From NCBI RefSeq assembly GCF_009914755.1, contig NC_060936.1: a stretch of 64,000 bases of DNA; one strand, given 5' to 3'. The notes below the pieces were generated by a model. It made no database searches. It was not told the origin of the DNA and was given only the letters and a program-made list of their open reading frames with translations. Below are positions 11,541 through 25,310 of the stretch, piece by piece. This DNA comes from the human T2T-CHM13v2.0 reference genome, Homo sapiens. Every line of letters begins with the position of its first letter. Position 1 is the stretch's first letter. Made by a program: the position numbers and the translations under genes.

Positions 11541-14319
11541 GTCTTGCTGATCGCGAGCTCAGTTGATGGTAAAGACCTGTGGTAGGTGCTATTTGGGATG
11601 TGGTTTTGATCAAGAGACGCCCTGATCTTGTACACAATTACCTGTGATAAGAGCCATGTGTGAGAGTTCCACCTGAGTGGAGACTAAATGGCACGCTGCT
11701 GGAGTACTGAGCAGAGAGGAATCACATGACTGTGAGCTCAGATCATTTCTGGGTAGTCTCAAACCTTTGGCTGAGTGCCTAAATCTTCATTTCACCTCTT
11801 GCTGTGAAACTCTTGTTTTTCTTTAAACCCAAGAGTCCAACTCCATGTGTAATACAATATCATGTAAATGAGGGTAACCTTGGAAGGCAGGCTGCTTGTC
11901 ATACTATAGTGGCTTTGTTGCTGTAATGAAAACCACATGCTTCATGGTACTTTTAGACTAGTTAATATTAGCAGATCAGCTGCATTTTTGTTTAGATATT
12001 GCTATTCCAGCTGTGCTTTTTCTGGTTATTTCAAGAGAATTCACAATTTCTACCAAGCCATAAGCTTTTTTCAGGAGAGTGGAGAACTGGAAGAAAATGG
12101 CCAGCACTTTCCTCTCGGCTCTCTGGTTTCCACATGGAATTTGTCATTGTTTTCCCGAGTCATTGTGAAAGGAAGACGTGGTTGACCCAGGGACTTGCTT
12201 TCAAAGAGTAATGGAATAAATAGCAAGGTGAAAAAAGTATGAAAAATGACTTGACTTTGTCCTGGGGCGAAGAGAAAAGAGTAGAAAATAAGAAAGAGGG
12301 AGGAAAAGGGGCATGCCTAACCACCTTGCTGAGATCTTGAAATTTGCTGGAATGATATGGTTATGATTACGATTATGATTATGAGTGTTTTGAGAAAGGG
12401 AGGATCATTTCTTTCCATTCTTGAGTCCTCTTTGGAGTCATTTGAATCTCTAAATTTGCTTCTCAGAGAAAGTTTTATATTTCTTGGGGAAGATCTTAAA
12501 TTACTTTCTTTCCCAACTAAATTGGGTCCCTCTTTCTCTACCCAACATTAAATATCCAATGTCCCTGTGACTGGAAGAGTCCCTTCTCTCTCTGTAGAAA
12601 GAAACTGGGGCAGACAGAGAACTTTGCCTCCCAATCTAGTAATGTCATTAAGAGCAGTGATCTCAATCCTTAGGGTAGATCTCTGTGGACCTAAAGATTG
12701 ATTGATGGGCACTTTCTCCTCTGCCCAGCAGGCTGGAGGAAAAGGGGTATAAGAAAGAAACTTTCAGAGTTCCTCATAACAATCTTAAGGGCAAAGACCT
12801 GTCTGCTGAGGATTAGGTTAGTTTGTACCATACTCACAGAATCAGCAGCTCAGACCCCTCTGTCGGTGGGGGATGGGGCTGATGAGATTTTGCTTTGGCA
12901 TGTGTGTTGCTTAACCAATGTATTGTGCATATATTGAGCCCAATAGCTATGAACAGGAAACTACTTCATTTTCTCTGCCATGACAACCTTGGAAATATAC
13001 TGTGCTCAACCTTCCCTCCCTGTCTGCGTCTGTAGTCTGATCATGTTCAAGCAACAAAAATGAGTCTTTTATTGAGGATTATGACTCATCTATAAGTACG
13101 AAAAGACCCAATAGAGTCTAAATCAAAGCCTTTGTCTCTTCACATCTTCTCTCATTTTCACAGCCCGGGCCTGACCCTTGCTGGGGTTCCCAAAATAGGA
13201 AAGGAGAGTCTGGTCTCATGGTCTGTTTTTTCACTTGTTCCTGACTCACTCCTCCTCCCCGATTTGCCTTGCTGCTTTTGGTTTCTCCATGGTAGGGGAG
13301 TGGGGCAGAAAGGGAAACAGAAGATGGGCAGCCTTTTTAAAGTATCTGGTGCTCTTTGTGGCTCTGTCTTGGCTGGCTTTGCCCAGATGCTGGGCCCTTC
13401 ATTACACTTTTCCATGATGTGCATTTGTGGATCCTATGCATTGGGACTTTTCTGATGTACTAGTTTACTGCTATTGGTGCATGCTCTTCAGCCGACCCCA
13501 TGCGTCCCACTTTCCTTCTTCCACCCCAACTCCTGTCTTAGCGGTTGTACTCCAGCTTCTCACTGCTAATATCTCCTTGCTCTGGCAGGCCACCCTATAA
13601 GGTGGGCTCCTTTCAAGATGTTTCAGGATAGATTCCATGGTGTCCACCAGGCTTGCAGGAACCCCTGCATTCCTGCTCTACCCCACCAAGGAAAATAAGG
13701 CTGCTTCCCCTGCTGCCTCTGTCCTCGCCTGCCCTCTTGGCAGTTCTTGGCAGGTTCCTGACCTCAGAAATTGTCTCAACATGAGGCAGGCTGTGGTCTC
13801 TGTTCAACTATGTCCTCAAGTCTTCAAGGACACATGTCAAGTTCTCCAGTGGGAGAGAAAAGCCAAGGGATCTCGATTCTCAGGCATTCCCTTCAACGAG
13901 CTCTCTTGGGGACTTTCAAGTCTTCCTTTACATACTCTGGAGGTGAAAGATCAGTTTGGGCACCTTCTAGTGAGCCCTGGGATCCAGCAGGTCTCTGTAG
14001 GATTGGGGATAGAGGTGCTTGCTACTTATTGTTTTCACTTTAGGGGCTTCAGCCAAAATGCAGAGAGAGCAGGAAAATCCCATTTGCACCTAATGAAAAT
14101 GTGTAGGTTGAAAGTTCATCAGGAGTGAGCTTGCTGTGTTGACTGCACTTTGAGACTTCCTCATGAGTCATTTAGAAAAATATTTCCAGATTTTACTGTC
14201 TCTGGAAATTAGTGTTTGCCCTCAGGAGGTGTCTGTGAATGTGTATATATCTGCTTCAACGATTATTTGCTAGATAAACAGAAAAATAATAGCCATGTCT
14301 ACACTGGCGGAAAACTATA

Positions 14320-14525
14320 TATAAAATTTATGGAGCACATCTTTGCTAAGGTGTGCTCTATATGTGTGTTAACTCTTTAAAGCCTCACTATAATCATCAC
14401 CATATCACAGAAAAGGAGACTGAGGTGCAGGAAGTAACATGAGGAGGTCACAAAGCTGGGAGAAGACATCTTCAAGTCCTGGTTGCTTCATTTCAGAATT
14501 CCTTCTTTGGGCCACTGCACTCCTC
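14320..14525 (-). mobile_element. MIR SINE
   Basis: ACAGAAAAGGAGACTGAGGTGCAGG...GAGGTCACAAAGCTGG. Confidence 0.6.
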
Positions 14526-15639
14526 TACCATAAGGCTGGACTGCACTGAGGAATAGAGATGTTCCCCCATTGCTGACTTCCTGATGAAGCTCCTCTGAAT
14601 TTCCTTAGTCTGAATGATGCATAATTAAGGAAATGTACCCCTAGGGAAGGAATGGCTCCAAGGTCAAGATCAAGTCTGAGTAGTGAGTTGGGTATCAAAT
14701 CTTGTTTTTGCCACTCTGCAGAGTGGGAAGAACACATTGTTTTGGAGATGTGAGACACTGTGTAGGAACAAGCTTGTGTCCATGATGGAAACCCCATGAG
14801 GAAAGTCTACCTTTTTGGATAATTTTCCTTTAGGTGATGTGTACAGATTTAAGTTCCATAAGAAGAAAATGTGGTGTTGGCTCCTTGAGTTACCCTGGTT
14901 GTTCAGACGAGACCCATGCCTTTTGCTCCTCTGTGGTGATGCTATGGAGAATGAAGGGTCTGGGCACTTGATTGAAGTATAGCCAGTACCACATCAACCT
15001 CTTGTCTGAATCCTTGAAAAGGGAGAAGTATCCATCTAAGGGGATTGTCTGGGAGTTCTGGATAGTGATCAATGGAGGAGAGGCCTACGGAAGTAGAAAG
15101 GAGAACAACAGGGTGCTCAGAGCAAGTTCCAATTCAGAGAAGTAATGTGAAATAAATCTCCCCCTTCCCAATATATTCTTAAAGAATCTGACCCATACCT
15201 GGGCAGTAGGAGAAGAGGATGCTTGGGTTAGATCTTTCTTCAGTAAAGACCAATGAGACTGTCACGTCCTTCATGCTTTCAAAGACAGCAAGTCAGAGTG
15301 AATTTTGTGTATCCTATTGAATGGGATTTGGCAGAGACAGAATTGAGGGGGCCCTGCTAGATCTGCAAGGGCAAGGAGAGTGCAGACATTGAACTTTGTT
15401 TGGAATCCTGGCTGAGGTGTCTTAGGTAGGCAGTGAGGAAAGCCAGTAGTCTCAGCTTCAAGGGCAAGTGGAGTCTAGAATAAAGAATAAAGGGGGTAGT
15501 CTGGTGGTGAGAACAACATCAAGAATCAGGCATGGCAACTCAGAAAAGCATCCTGGAGAATGCTTTAGTATGTCAGACTTCGTATGGAGTAACTTTCATC
15601 TGAGGACCATATAAATAGCAACAGAATAGCAATGTTTAC

Positions 15640-15990
15640 CAGTCTTCATTCATTTTACAAAAGCATATAGAAGGCTTCATGTGTGTCTGGCCTTGCATTA
15701 AGCTCTGGAGACACCTGCAATTAGAAGAGCCTGATCTTGTTTTGAACAGTTTATAGTCCAGGGGTGATCTGGAACATCAACATGATGGTTTCTAAGTTTA
15801 TTGATGGGATACACACAGGTGCTCTGGGCTCATAGGAGGGTACACAACCTAGACTTTAACTGGGAGAAGTGATATCCAAGAAGACTTCCTAGAGGAAGTG
15901 GTATTTAAAGGGAGGCCTGTTCAGGAGGGAGAGGCTACAGTTGAGGCTGGAGAGAAACCATCAGGGTCAGATCGTAATGGGTTTTATGGC
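15640..15990 (-). mobile_element. L2 LINE 3' fragment
   Basis: TTCATTCATT start, GTTTATAGTCCAG, GAAGACTTCCTAGAGGAAGTGG. Confidence 0.55.
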
Positions 15991-15994
15991 AGCC

Positions 15995-16150
15995 TAGGAG
16001 GTAGGTAGTGCTGTCATTATTTTATAGCTAACGCCAGTGAGCTCAGGGGGTTAAGTGACTTGCCCTGAATCAAACAGTGCAGGGGACAGACCTGGAATTG
16101 GATCTAAAATCTATCTTACCACAAAGATGAAGCTCTTTCCACTCCACTCC
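15995..16150 (-). mobile_element. MIR SINE
   Basis: GAGGTAGGTAGTG...GGTTAAGTGACTTGCCC. Confidence 0.65.
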
Positions 16151-17089
16151 TCTCTGTGCTTTTTAATTTGGGAAAAGTTTAATGAGCTAAAATTTTTACC
16201 CCCTCAAAATTATGTGTCCATCTCTAATAGGCCTCTCTGTCCCACTTTGAGCTAAAAGTCATTGCATCCTCTCAGGATCAAACAAATTGAAATTTATTTT
16301 AAAATATTCTTCGCCGATCCTAGTGGAGGCAGCAAATCACCAAAAACTCAGCTCAGGGCATCGGCCTAATGCCTCCGTGAGGGAAGTCTTGGAAGAGCCG
16401 GGTCACATCTGTGTTCCAAGTGAGAGAGTCCAGAGAGAAAAGCACACAGCAGTTTCTTTCATAAAAATGTTAAAAGGACTAGTTTGTTCATGACCTTGGT
16501 TGATTAGGGTCAGGTACTTGACATAATAATGCTTAATATATCAGAAAAATCTGTGTTTGCTCACTGGCCCATGCGCCTGATCCGGCTTCCCCAGCTGTAA
16601 CTTCTCAGGACTCAGCCCTCGGGAAATGCAAGTCAGTTTGAGCTGTTTTTTTGTTCCCCCTCCCTTCCCAGTTTGGTGCAAAATCCAATGTAATTTTGGC
16701 ATTTAACCACTGATAAGTGAAAAATAAAGTTCATTGAAAGTGAGTGTTGTCATAGTTCATAAGAACTCACAGTCCCTGCATCTGGACAGCTGCCTTCTTG
16801 GCCAGACATCCGATGACAGTCTTTCCATTTTATCACAAGGCTTTGGACTTCAGTCACTCTATGTTTCCCTCCCTGAGGCAGTGCAGACCCTGATTTGTCT
16901 TAGACAAAATTAAGAAGCAGTCAAAGAATGCCTTTAGGGCCATCAAACTCCCCCTTTTCCCTCTCGTATGGAGTTTCACACTCAGTGGCTTAGGTGCCCA
17001 GCATGCCATGATCTTTCTCTCCTTCCATTAAAACGATGACCAGGAAAGAATCTGAAGCATAGTCATTGGAAGGGAGGAAGGAGTAATTA

Positions 17090-17550
17090 TGACAACAATA
17101 GCAGCTAACACTTAGATAGCACATACCATGGGCAAGACAAACGATTCTGAGTTTCATGTGCATTGACTCACAAATTGCTCCAATAACTCTATGCATTACA
17201 GAATATCATTATCTCCTTATGACACAGAGAGGTTAGTTTACTTACGTAAGGTCATGTAGAAGGTTGTAGAGACATGATTTGAACCCAGGAAGTCTGGTTT
17301 CTTCCATGTACTTAACCATTATATTTGAGAATGAACGTGATTAGTTGGCCAAGATGTTGCAAGCACTGTGCTAGATACTGTAATGTGTTATATTACTTAA
17401 CATTCCTAACTAGCTTTTGATAAAGGTTTTAAAACCTCATTTTACAAGCAAGATAGAGAGGATAAATGATTTGCTAGGATTTCATACCTAGTAAGTGTCA
17501 GGGCAGAAATCTAAATTATGATCTGAATGAGTGCAAATTCCACATTGTTT
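17090..17550 (-). mobile_element. Two adjacent MIR fragments
   Basis: GCAGCTAACACTT...GATTTGAACCCAGGAAGTCTGG, then CAAGCACTGTGCTAG...CTCATTTTACAAG...CTAGTAAGTG. Confidence 0.65.
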
Positions 17551-17611
17551 CCACCGGAGCATTTCTGGATCCAGAACATCAATCCCAGGGTAAGTGTCAC
17601 TCTCTTTTGAT

Positions 17612-17901
17612 ATGGCTCTCACCTGAAACCTCAGCACTCCAGGAGGCTAAGGTGGGAGGATTGCTTGAGGCCAGGAGTTCATGACTAGCCTGGTCAATAT
17701 AGAGAGACCACGTCTCTGCAAAACAAAAATTTACAAAAAAATTAGCCGGTCAGAGTGGTGTACACCTGTAGTCCCAGCCACTCGGGAGGCTGAGGTAGGA
17801 GAATCACTTGAGTCCAGGAATTTGAGGTTGCAGTGAGCTATGATTTTGTGCCCCTGCACTCCAACCTGGGCAACAGAGACTCTGTCTCCAAAAGAAAAAA
17901 A
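17612..17901 (+). mobile_element. Alu SINE (AluJ-like)
   Basis: GGGAGGATTGCTTGAGGCCAGGAGTTC...GTGAGCTATGATT...CTCTGTCTCC followed by an A tail. Confidence 0.92.
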
Positions 17902-18139
17902 GTATCAGAGCATTAAGTTAGATGATAGGAGTAGTAGTGACCTGTAGGTAGGAGAAACATTTTATTTGGTGGGGGTGGGGGGGCAGGGGTGATGAGAGTT
18001 TCTTGGCCCTAGAAATTACACTCTGTAGGCTGGTGTCTACTCAGCCATGCTAGCACGCTAGCCTCACATAGAAGCTTTTTCTCTGCAGTTCTAGCCCACT
18101 GTATTTGACTGGCCTCACCCCAATAGTTCACAGCTTCCC

Positions 18140-18500
18140 CACCCCCAAGTCACCATATCTGAAATTAAACTTGCTTTCCTTATATTCCCATCTAGGGTTA
18201 ATAGTGTTGCCTAAGGTTGAAATACCCCTTCTCCTTCACCTGCCACATTTAATCAGTCCCTAAGTTCTACAGATTCTGCCTTTTACCAACGTTTCTAGTC
18301 TATTCTCTTATGCCTCATCACTCACACTGACTTTGTTTAGATCATTCATCATCCTTTGCCTAAATTATTGTAGTTGTCTCCCAAGTGGCCTCCTTACTCT
18401 GAGTTTTTCTCTCCTTTACTCTATCCATCATACCGCCCCTTGTGTAATTGCTCTAATATGAAAATCTGATCATGTCACTTCCTTGCCCAAAATCTGTCTG
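18140..18500 (+). mobile_element. L2 LINE fragment (continues at 19820)
   Basis: AAATCTGATCATGTCACTTCCTTGCCCAAAATC is an L2 hallmark. Confidence 0.7.
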
Positions 18501-18652
18501 TTGCAGGACCCTAGCACTTACATAATATTTCCTCAAACTGCATGCTAAGGGCTTCAGTGATGTACTCTTGGGACTGAAGGTATCATCAGAAATTAAAAAA
18601 AAAATACTTTAATTTCAAGGACAGTTTAAAATTTAAATAGATGCATCTTCTA

Positions 18653-19066
<414 letters not shown>

Positions 19067-19342
19067 TCACCACAGCCTCTTTGAATGGTTGGTTCCAAGC
19101 TAGTATGACTAGGGAGGAGTGACATTACTGAGTCATTGCTCAGCACGTCACGGAGACAACCTGAACTGAAAATATTCCACATGCTTACAGTCAGTACCAC
19201 ATTCCTAGGCAGCAGACATTTTGTTTCAGTAATATTCGTTGCATTAAATGAATTTTGTTAATTTGCATTTAATTGGTTTTACATTATAATTCTTTTGGAT
19301 TTATAATTGCATAAGGTATACACACTGGGAAGTTATACCCCA

Positions 19343-19693
19343 TGGTTAAACTAAATTTGGTCTGAGAATGCCTCCCTACCTTGAGTGCCTAGGTAACAAA
19401 CTACAACCTAACTTAGTACACACACAAACTGAAAGCCTAACTAGGAGTAAAGTCTCAGCCAATCACAGGCTACCAACTGATCAGACCATGTGCAAATAAA
19501 GCAACCACTGAGCTGTAACCAATCAAGCTGTTTCTGTATCTCACTTCTGTTTCCTGTCCATAAGGCTGCCTGTCCAACCTTGTGGACCGAGATCTCTGAA
19601 CCTCTTCTGCTTCCGAGGGCTGCCTGATTCACAAATTGCTTATTGCTCAGTTAAACACTGTTAAATTTAATTCATCTGAAGTTTTTTTTAACA
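19343..19693 (+). mobile_element. ERV1 solo LTR, MER57 family
   Basis: CTAAATTTGGTCTGAG...GAGCTGTAACCAATCAAGCTGTTTCTGTATCTCACTTC...TAAATTTAATTCATCTGAAGTTTTTTTTAACA. Confidence 0.8.
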
Positions 19694-19819
19694 TGCTTTA
19701 TGTTTGTATATATTTAAATAATGTAGTAAAAATGAGTTGTCAATACCAAGAATATTTAATTAAATTCTTTTAAAAAACTGATCCATACAGTTTTCCATAC
19801 CAAAGTCTGGGAAATCCTT

Positions 19820-20045
19820 ACCTGACCAGTAGAATCAAGCACAAATTCCTCAGAGTGGCATATGAGGCCATTCTGCCCTTTCTCAAACACCCTTCAGCCT
19901 CATTTCCTGCATCTCTCCCAAAGGCTGCTCCTTTTCACTGGAGTAGAGCTTCTGGACAGTAGGGACTCTTTATTCATGTGTGTACCTACGGAACCTATCA
20001 ATGAATGTTTACACAATAAATTAATGCGGGAATAAATGAATGAAC
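19820..20045 (+). mobile_element. L2 LINE 3' end
   Basis: AAATTCCTCAGAGTGGCATATGAGGCC...AATAAATGAATGAA terminus. Confidence 0.65.
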
Positions 20046-20317
20046 ATGTGATGGAAGCCAGGAGGAAAAGGAATAAGGCTCTTTTGCAGACCAATTAGCC
20101 AACTCCTAACATTACTGGAAATGATAAGAGTAGAGCTTCTGGACAGTAGGGACCCTTTCTTATTCATATGTGTACCTACAGAAACTATCAGTGAATGTTT
20201 ACACAATAAATTAATGCGGGAATAAATGAATGAACATGTGATGGAAGGCAGGAGGAAAAGGGACAAGTCTCTTTCACAGACCATTTAGCCAACTCCTAAC
20301 ATTACTGGAAATAATAA
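19941..20317 (+). repeat. Direct tandem duplication (187 bp + 190 bp units)
   Basis: Units 19941-20127 and 20128-20317 both run GAGTAGAGCTTCTGGACAGTAGG...CATTACTGGAAAT(G/A)ATAA; about 92% identical by hand count. Confidence 0.95.
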
Positions 20318-20400
20318 AGTTCCTTGCGTAACCCCAGGCTGGGACTTTCCAGCCTCCCCTATCTCAGCCACAATTCTATTACAGAATAAGTTATTTACAG

Positions 20401-20473
20401 GCAGAGAGAGAGAGAGGCAGAGACAGAGAGACAGAGAGAGAATGAGAGAGAGACAGAGAGACAGAGTGTGTGA
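20401..20473. repeat. (GA)n/(GAGACA)n microsatellite
   Basis: gcagagagagagagaggcagagacagagagacagagagag... Confidence 0.85.
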
Positions 20474-21199
20474 GCAGAAGCTAACACTCAAAGGAGGAAG
20501 GTCAGATGCAGCCTGTATTCTGAGAGAAGGATTCATCTCCCCACAGCATTTTCAACTGGGGAATTCTCAGAGGATCAAAGAGAGACTCTGTCCACACTGC
20601 CACCCATCCCATCTGCAGCCTACAGATTGCTCCCCTCCCACCCATTTTTAGCTTCCCAAGGAAGGATGATTCACTTAAACAGACTTTTATGTGTACTTTA
20701 TTTTTAGTCCAGAAAGTATTTGTTTTCAATGTTTGTGTATGGGAATGTGAGTTCAGATCAGCTGATGTGGCAGTGGGCATGAGTAACTTAGCAAGCAAAA
20801 CCGCACAGCTTATTATGATCTCCAAGGCCCATGTCAGTTCCAAACTGCTATGCTCATAGTACTTACTGGGTGACAGTCAATTGTAGTGGTCCCTATTCTG
20901 CTCTCATTCTCATATACAGGATATGGATGTGCTGTGTAGCCAGCCTGATCCCTTAAAAAGGAAGACTTTTCTTACTTCGTTTCTTCTTTGCCTCCTTCCT
21001 TCTTTTCATCATTCAATAATTGCCTCCAGTGATAAGCTTGTCCGGCCTTTGATCCTGATCCAACAACACAATAAAATTATAAAATAAGTTATTCTGTATC
21101 TGCAGAAAGCTTTACATATGGGCAATTCAGTTGTAACAAGGAGGGTGTCAGCCATGGATCTTTCCCCATTACCTTGACTTTTAATAGTGTATTTGGAGA

Positions 21200-21395
21200 C
21201 AAGGAGACCTGGGTCCTCCCAGTTCTGTGACCAGGAACAAGTCATTCACCTGTTTTGACCTTAGATTCCTCCTCTACAAAACGATGATGGAAAAACACCT
21301 GCTCTTTTTTTACATGAATTTCAGTGATGAGGACTGAAATTAAAATGAGATGATTTTGGTAAAAGAGATTTGTTAACCATATAAAGTACTAAGCT
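21200..21395 (+). mobile_element. MIR/MIR3 SINE
   Basis: GGAGACCTGGGTCC...CTGTGACCAGGAACAAGTCATTCACC...CCTCCTCTACAAAA. Confidence 0.6.
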
Positions 21396-21934
21396 AATCT
21401 AAGGGGGGGTAATTGTTCTTAGCATGCCTTTCCCCTCATTAGAACCATTGCATCCTATATGTGTGAAAGTAATTTTATAATAGGACACTAGCTTGGTACT
21501 GTTTAGCAACCATGATGGACACCCTTAATCCTTCTACCAAACATACTGAGAGAGAACTGGGCCGTGGCAGGTGTGCTTCTGGACAGAGGCAGGCCACCAC
21601 CACTGCTTGGAGAGCAGGTCAGAGGGCACGTGCTGTGGGTGGAGAGGGTCCCAGTGTTGAAGGCTGTGTTTGTATTGTGTGTTGAGCTCTAAGTATAGAT
21701 GGAAAACATTTAAATGCAAGATGATTAAGCTTGCTGGTGTCCCCTTCCTGATATGGATGGGACTTCCCTTCCCAAGGATGGTCATTGTTCAAAAGAATTG
21801 AATAAATTCCCAGGGATTTTTGGTCACTTTAATTATATTCTCTCACTGCACTCAAACGGCAAGACAAAGCCATTCTCTGCCTTTTGTGAGCTGTATGTAA
21901 GCACCCTGCTTATCTATCTATCTGTCTAATCTAT

Positions 21935-22742
21935 TACATTTTATTGTGGTATGATTAACATGTAAAACATGTACATATTTAATGTAAACAACTCAGTGAG
22001 TCTGGGGATAAGTGTCCACTCATAAAACCATCAAACCTGTAGACATAAATAATCATCTCTCAAAGTTCCCTCCCATCCGTTTGTTATTATTATTATATTG
22101 TGGTAAGAACACTCAATATAAGATCTACTCTCTTAGAAAATTTCAAGTATACAATACCATATTGTTAGCTGTAGGCACTATGTTGCAGAGTAGATCTCCA
22201 GAACTTATTCATCTTTCATAACTGAAATTGTATATCCTTTGACCAACACCTCCGCATGTCTCCCTCCCCCCAGCCCGTGGTAACCACTATGTCTCTGCTT
22301 CTATGAGTGTGACTATTTTTAGATTCCACATATAAGTGCAATTATACAGTATTTTTCTTTCTGAGTTTGGCTTGTTTCATTTAAATAAATAATGTCTTCC
22401 AGGTCCGTCCATGTTGTCATAAATGACAGGGTTTCCTTCTTTTTAAAAGCTAAATCAAATTCCGCTGTGTATAAATACCACATTTTCTTTATCCATTCAT
22501 CTGTTTTGGACACTTAGGTTGATTCGGTATCTTGGTTATTGTAGATAATGCCACAATGAACATGGGAGTGCAGATATCTCTTTGAGTTACCAATTTCATT
22601 TCCTGATCATATGGTGGTTCTATTTTTAGATTTTTGAGAAACCTCCATCCAATTTTCCATAAGGGCTATACCAGTTTACATTCCTACCAACAGCACACTA
22701 GGATTTCCTTTTCTCCACATCCTCACCAACATTTGTTTTTTT
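21935..22742 (-). mobile_element. L1M (L1MA9/MA10/MB-like) 3' fragment
   Basis: AGATCTACTCTCTTAG...AGTAGATCTCCAGAACTTATTC 3'UTR; ORF2 C-terminal remnant DEWIKKMWYLYTAE. Confidence 0.88.
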
Positions 22743-23041
22743 TAATCACCCCACTTTAAAACCACAGTGATAACTTGGTGAGTTTGTTAGTTCTTTAATG
22801 CCTGCCCCTCCCTGCCTGCCTTCTGGCATGTCACCCACATGCAGAAATGCATGTTGGGGAGGACGTGTTGGTGCTTCAATATGGGAATAAAAGATCTTTT
22901 CCGATGATACAGATATCTTCCTTGTTCCCTACCTCCTTTCCTTTAGAAAATGCACATATCCTCTTCAGGAGATAAAACCTACCCTATTCATGATGGGACA
23001 GCACTTTTCTCACTGCCATCTTGAGCCCCATATTCAGGCTA

Positions 23042-23430
23042 CTCATTCATTCATTCATTTGTTCGTACATCCAGTACACAGTGATAGAGGTCCTACTATG
23101 TGCCAGACATTATTTGAAGTGCTTGTAATAAAGTAGCAAACAAGAGAGTCAGGGGCCCTGCTTTTATGAATCTTATCTATCTATGGAGCAAAAGGACACA
23201 GTGAATAATCAAATAAACAAGTACATGGAAAGACAGCTTTGGATGGTGATGAGTGCCATGAGTGAAATACAACGACATGATAGAGAATGACCAGGGAGGG
23301 GACTATCTGGGAAGGCCTCTCTGGGGAAGTCGCATTTGAGATTAGACCCGAGAAGAAGGAGGAGCCAGCCATAGACAGGTCTGGGACAGAGCATTCCGTG
23401 TTAAGGGAACATCAAGTGCAAGGGCGAAAA
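23042..23430 (-). mobile_element. L2 LINE 3' end (L2a-like)
   Basis: CATTCATTCATTCATT...CCTACTATGTGCCAGAC...GGGAAGGCCTCTCTGGGGAAG. Confidence 0.8.
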
Positions 23431-23770
23431 GGCCTCCTTAGCTTGCTGGGAAGCCAAACTTTGCTTTGCTGAAGTTGACAGCGGCTGGGTGTCCAGACGC
23501 ATAGGCCAGTTTTCTACTCTCCAAACCATGTCACCAGTGAGTGCTCACAGGTTCAAGAACATAGGCTATCTGCTTCACTCCTAACTGCCCCTTTTTGCAG
23601 GGTTCTCTCCAGCGAAGAGAATAACACAGATTGTAGAGCTGGTTTTAAGTCACCACCTTTGCTCAATTATCTCGATTTCTCTCTAAGCCTCTAAAGCCTT
23701 TGCTGTGATATGCCTACAATACTTACTGAAGCCAAAAGTAGCACACAATTATTCCCCTTAAGTAGTACTA

Positions 23771-24122
<352 letters not shown>

Positions 24123-24425
24123 AGAAAGGACACCTGTGTAGGGGTGAGCAGACCAGCCTCCTGGTGTTCACGGATGAACTTAATCAAGGAGAGTGGGGGG
24201 TGGGGCAAAACCCCTTTACAAATCAATTACATTGGAGAAAGAGAAGCAGACTTCAGATAGAAAAGTTATTTACTATGTGTTAAGAGCTATCCGTCTTCTT
24301 GGAGTAGAACGACCCATGAGTATGTTTTTGTGAAAGTTCTTCCAGACACGTGGAGGAAATTGTCCCCCCCTCTATTCTTTACTCCTTATGTGCCCATCAT
24401 CTCTGGAAGTAGTTGAAATACACAG

Positions 24426-24784
24426 TGCTGTGGTTTGATTCTGTCCCCACCCAAATCTCATCTCGAATTGTAATCCCCACGTGTTGGGGGAGGAACCTGG
24501 TGGAAGGTGTTTGGATCACGGGGGCGGTCTCCCCCTTGCTTTACTCGTGAAAGTGAAGGAGTTCTCACGAGATCTGATGGTTTAAAAGTGGTATTTTCCT
24601 CTACTCTCTCTCTTGCCTTCTGCCATGTAAGATGTGCCTTGCTTTCCCTTCATCTTCTGCCATAATTGTAAGTTTCCTGAGGCCTCCCCAACCATGTGGA
24701 ACTGTGAATCAGTTAAAGCTTTTTCTTCATAAATTACTCAGTCTCAGGTAGTTCTTTATAGCAGTATGAAAATAGACTAATACA
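24426..24784 (+). mobile_element. MaLR solo LTR (THE1D/MSTA-like)
   Basis: TGCTGTGGTTTG...CCCCACCCAAATCTCATCTCGAATTGTAATCCCCAC...GACTAATACA; perfect 5-bp TSD CACAG. Confidence 0.92.
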
Positions 24785-25081
24785 CACAGTGATCACTTTT
24801 TATCACATAATTAAATTAAAGAAAGTAGTAAACAGAAGAAAATACTCTGTAATCATATCAAACAAAGTGAGTGTTGCTTGTACCCAAAATTTCTGGGCCA
24901 ACTCAATTCTAGAGTCTTATTCATCCCCCAAGTAATGCTATGGATCTTCCTGCCTCTTTGTTTAAAGCCCATCCCTGAAGTCTACCCAAGAGGCTGACTT
25001 TGATCTCCAAGTTCTGTGCCACATACATCTCCATTAGAATATGTTGCTCATTTCTCCTTCAGGGCTAACCTTTGTATGCAG

Positions 25082-25310
25082 CATTCATTTACTCATTTAA
25101 GACATTTTTGAGCTTGGGCTGTAATCAGTTCAAGGGATACAAGTTTATTCACCATTATGAACAAATTAAACCTGGTTCTGGCCCACGTGGAGCTTGAAGT
25201 TTACTGAGGGACATAGACAAATAAGAAAGAGTGATGTGGCGTCACAACTACTTTGACAGAAGTTAAACAGAAGTCACAGGGAGCACAGAGGAGAGAAATG
25301 AAGAATGCTA
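25082..25310 (-). mobile_element. L2 LINE 3' fragment
   Basis: CATTCATTTACTCATTTAAGACATTTTTGAGC...GTGGAGCTTGAAGTTTACTG. Confidence 0.55.

Noticed and set aside
13637-14128. Longest ORF in the track (163 aa)
   Set aside because: No recognisable domain, convincing exon structure or coding-like composition; expected by chance in 64 kb across six frames.
19941-20317. Repeat-spacer (CRISPR-like) or retroviral LTR-pair interpretation of the direct repeat
   Set aside because: Only two abutting ~190-bp units with no spacers and no TG..CA ends, in eukaryotic DNA.
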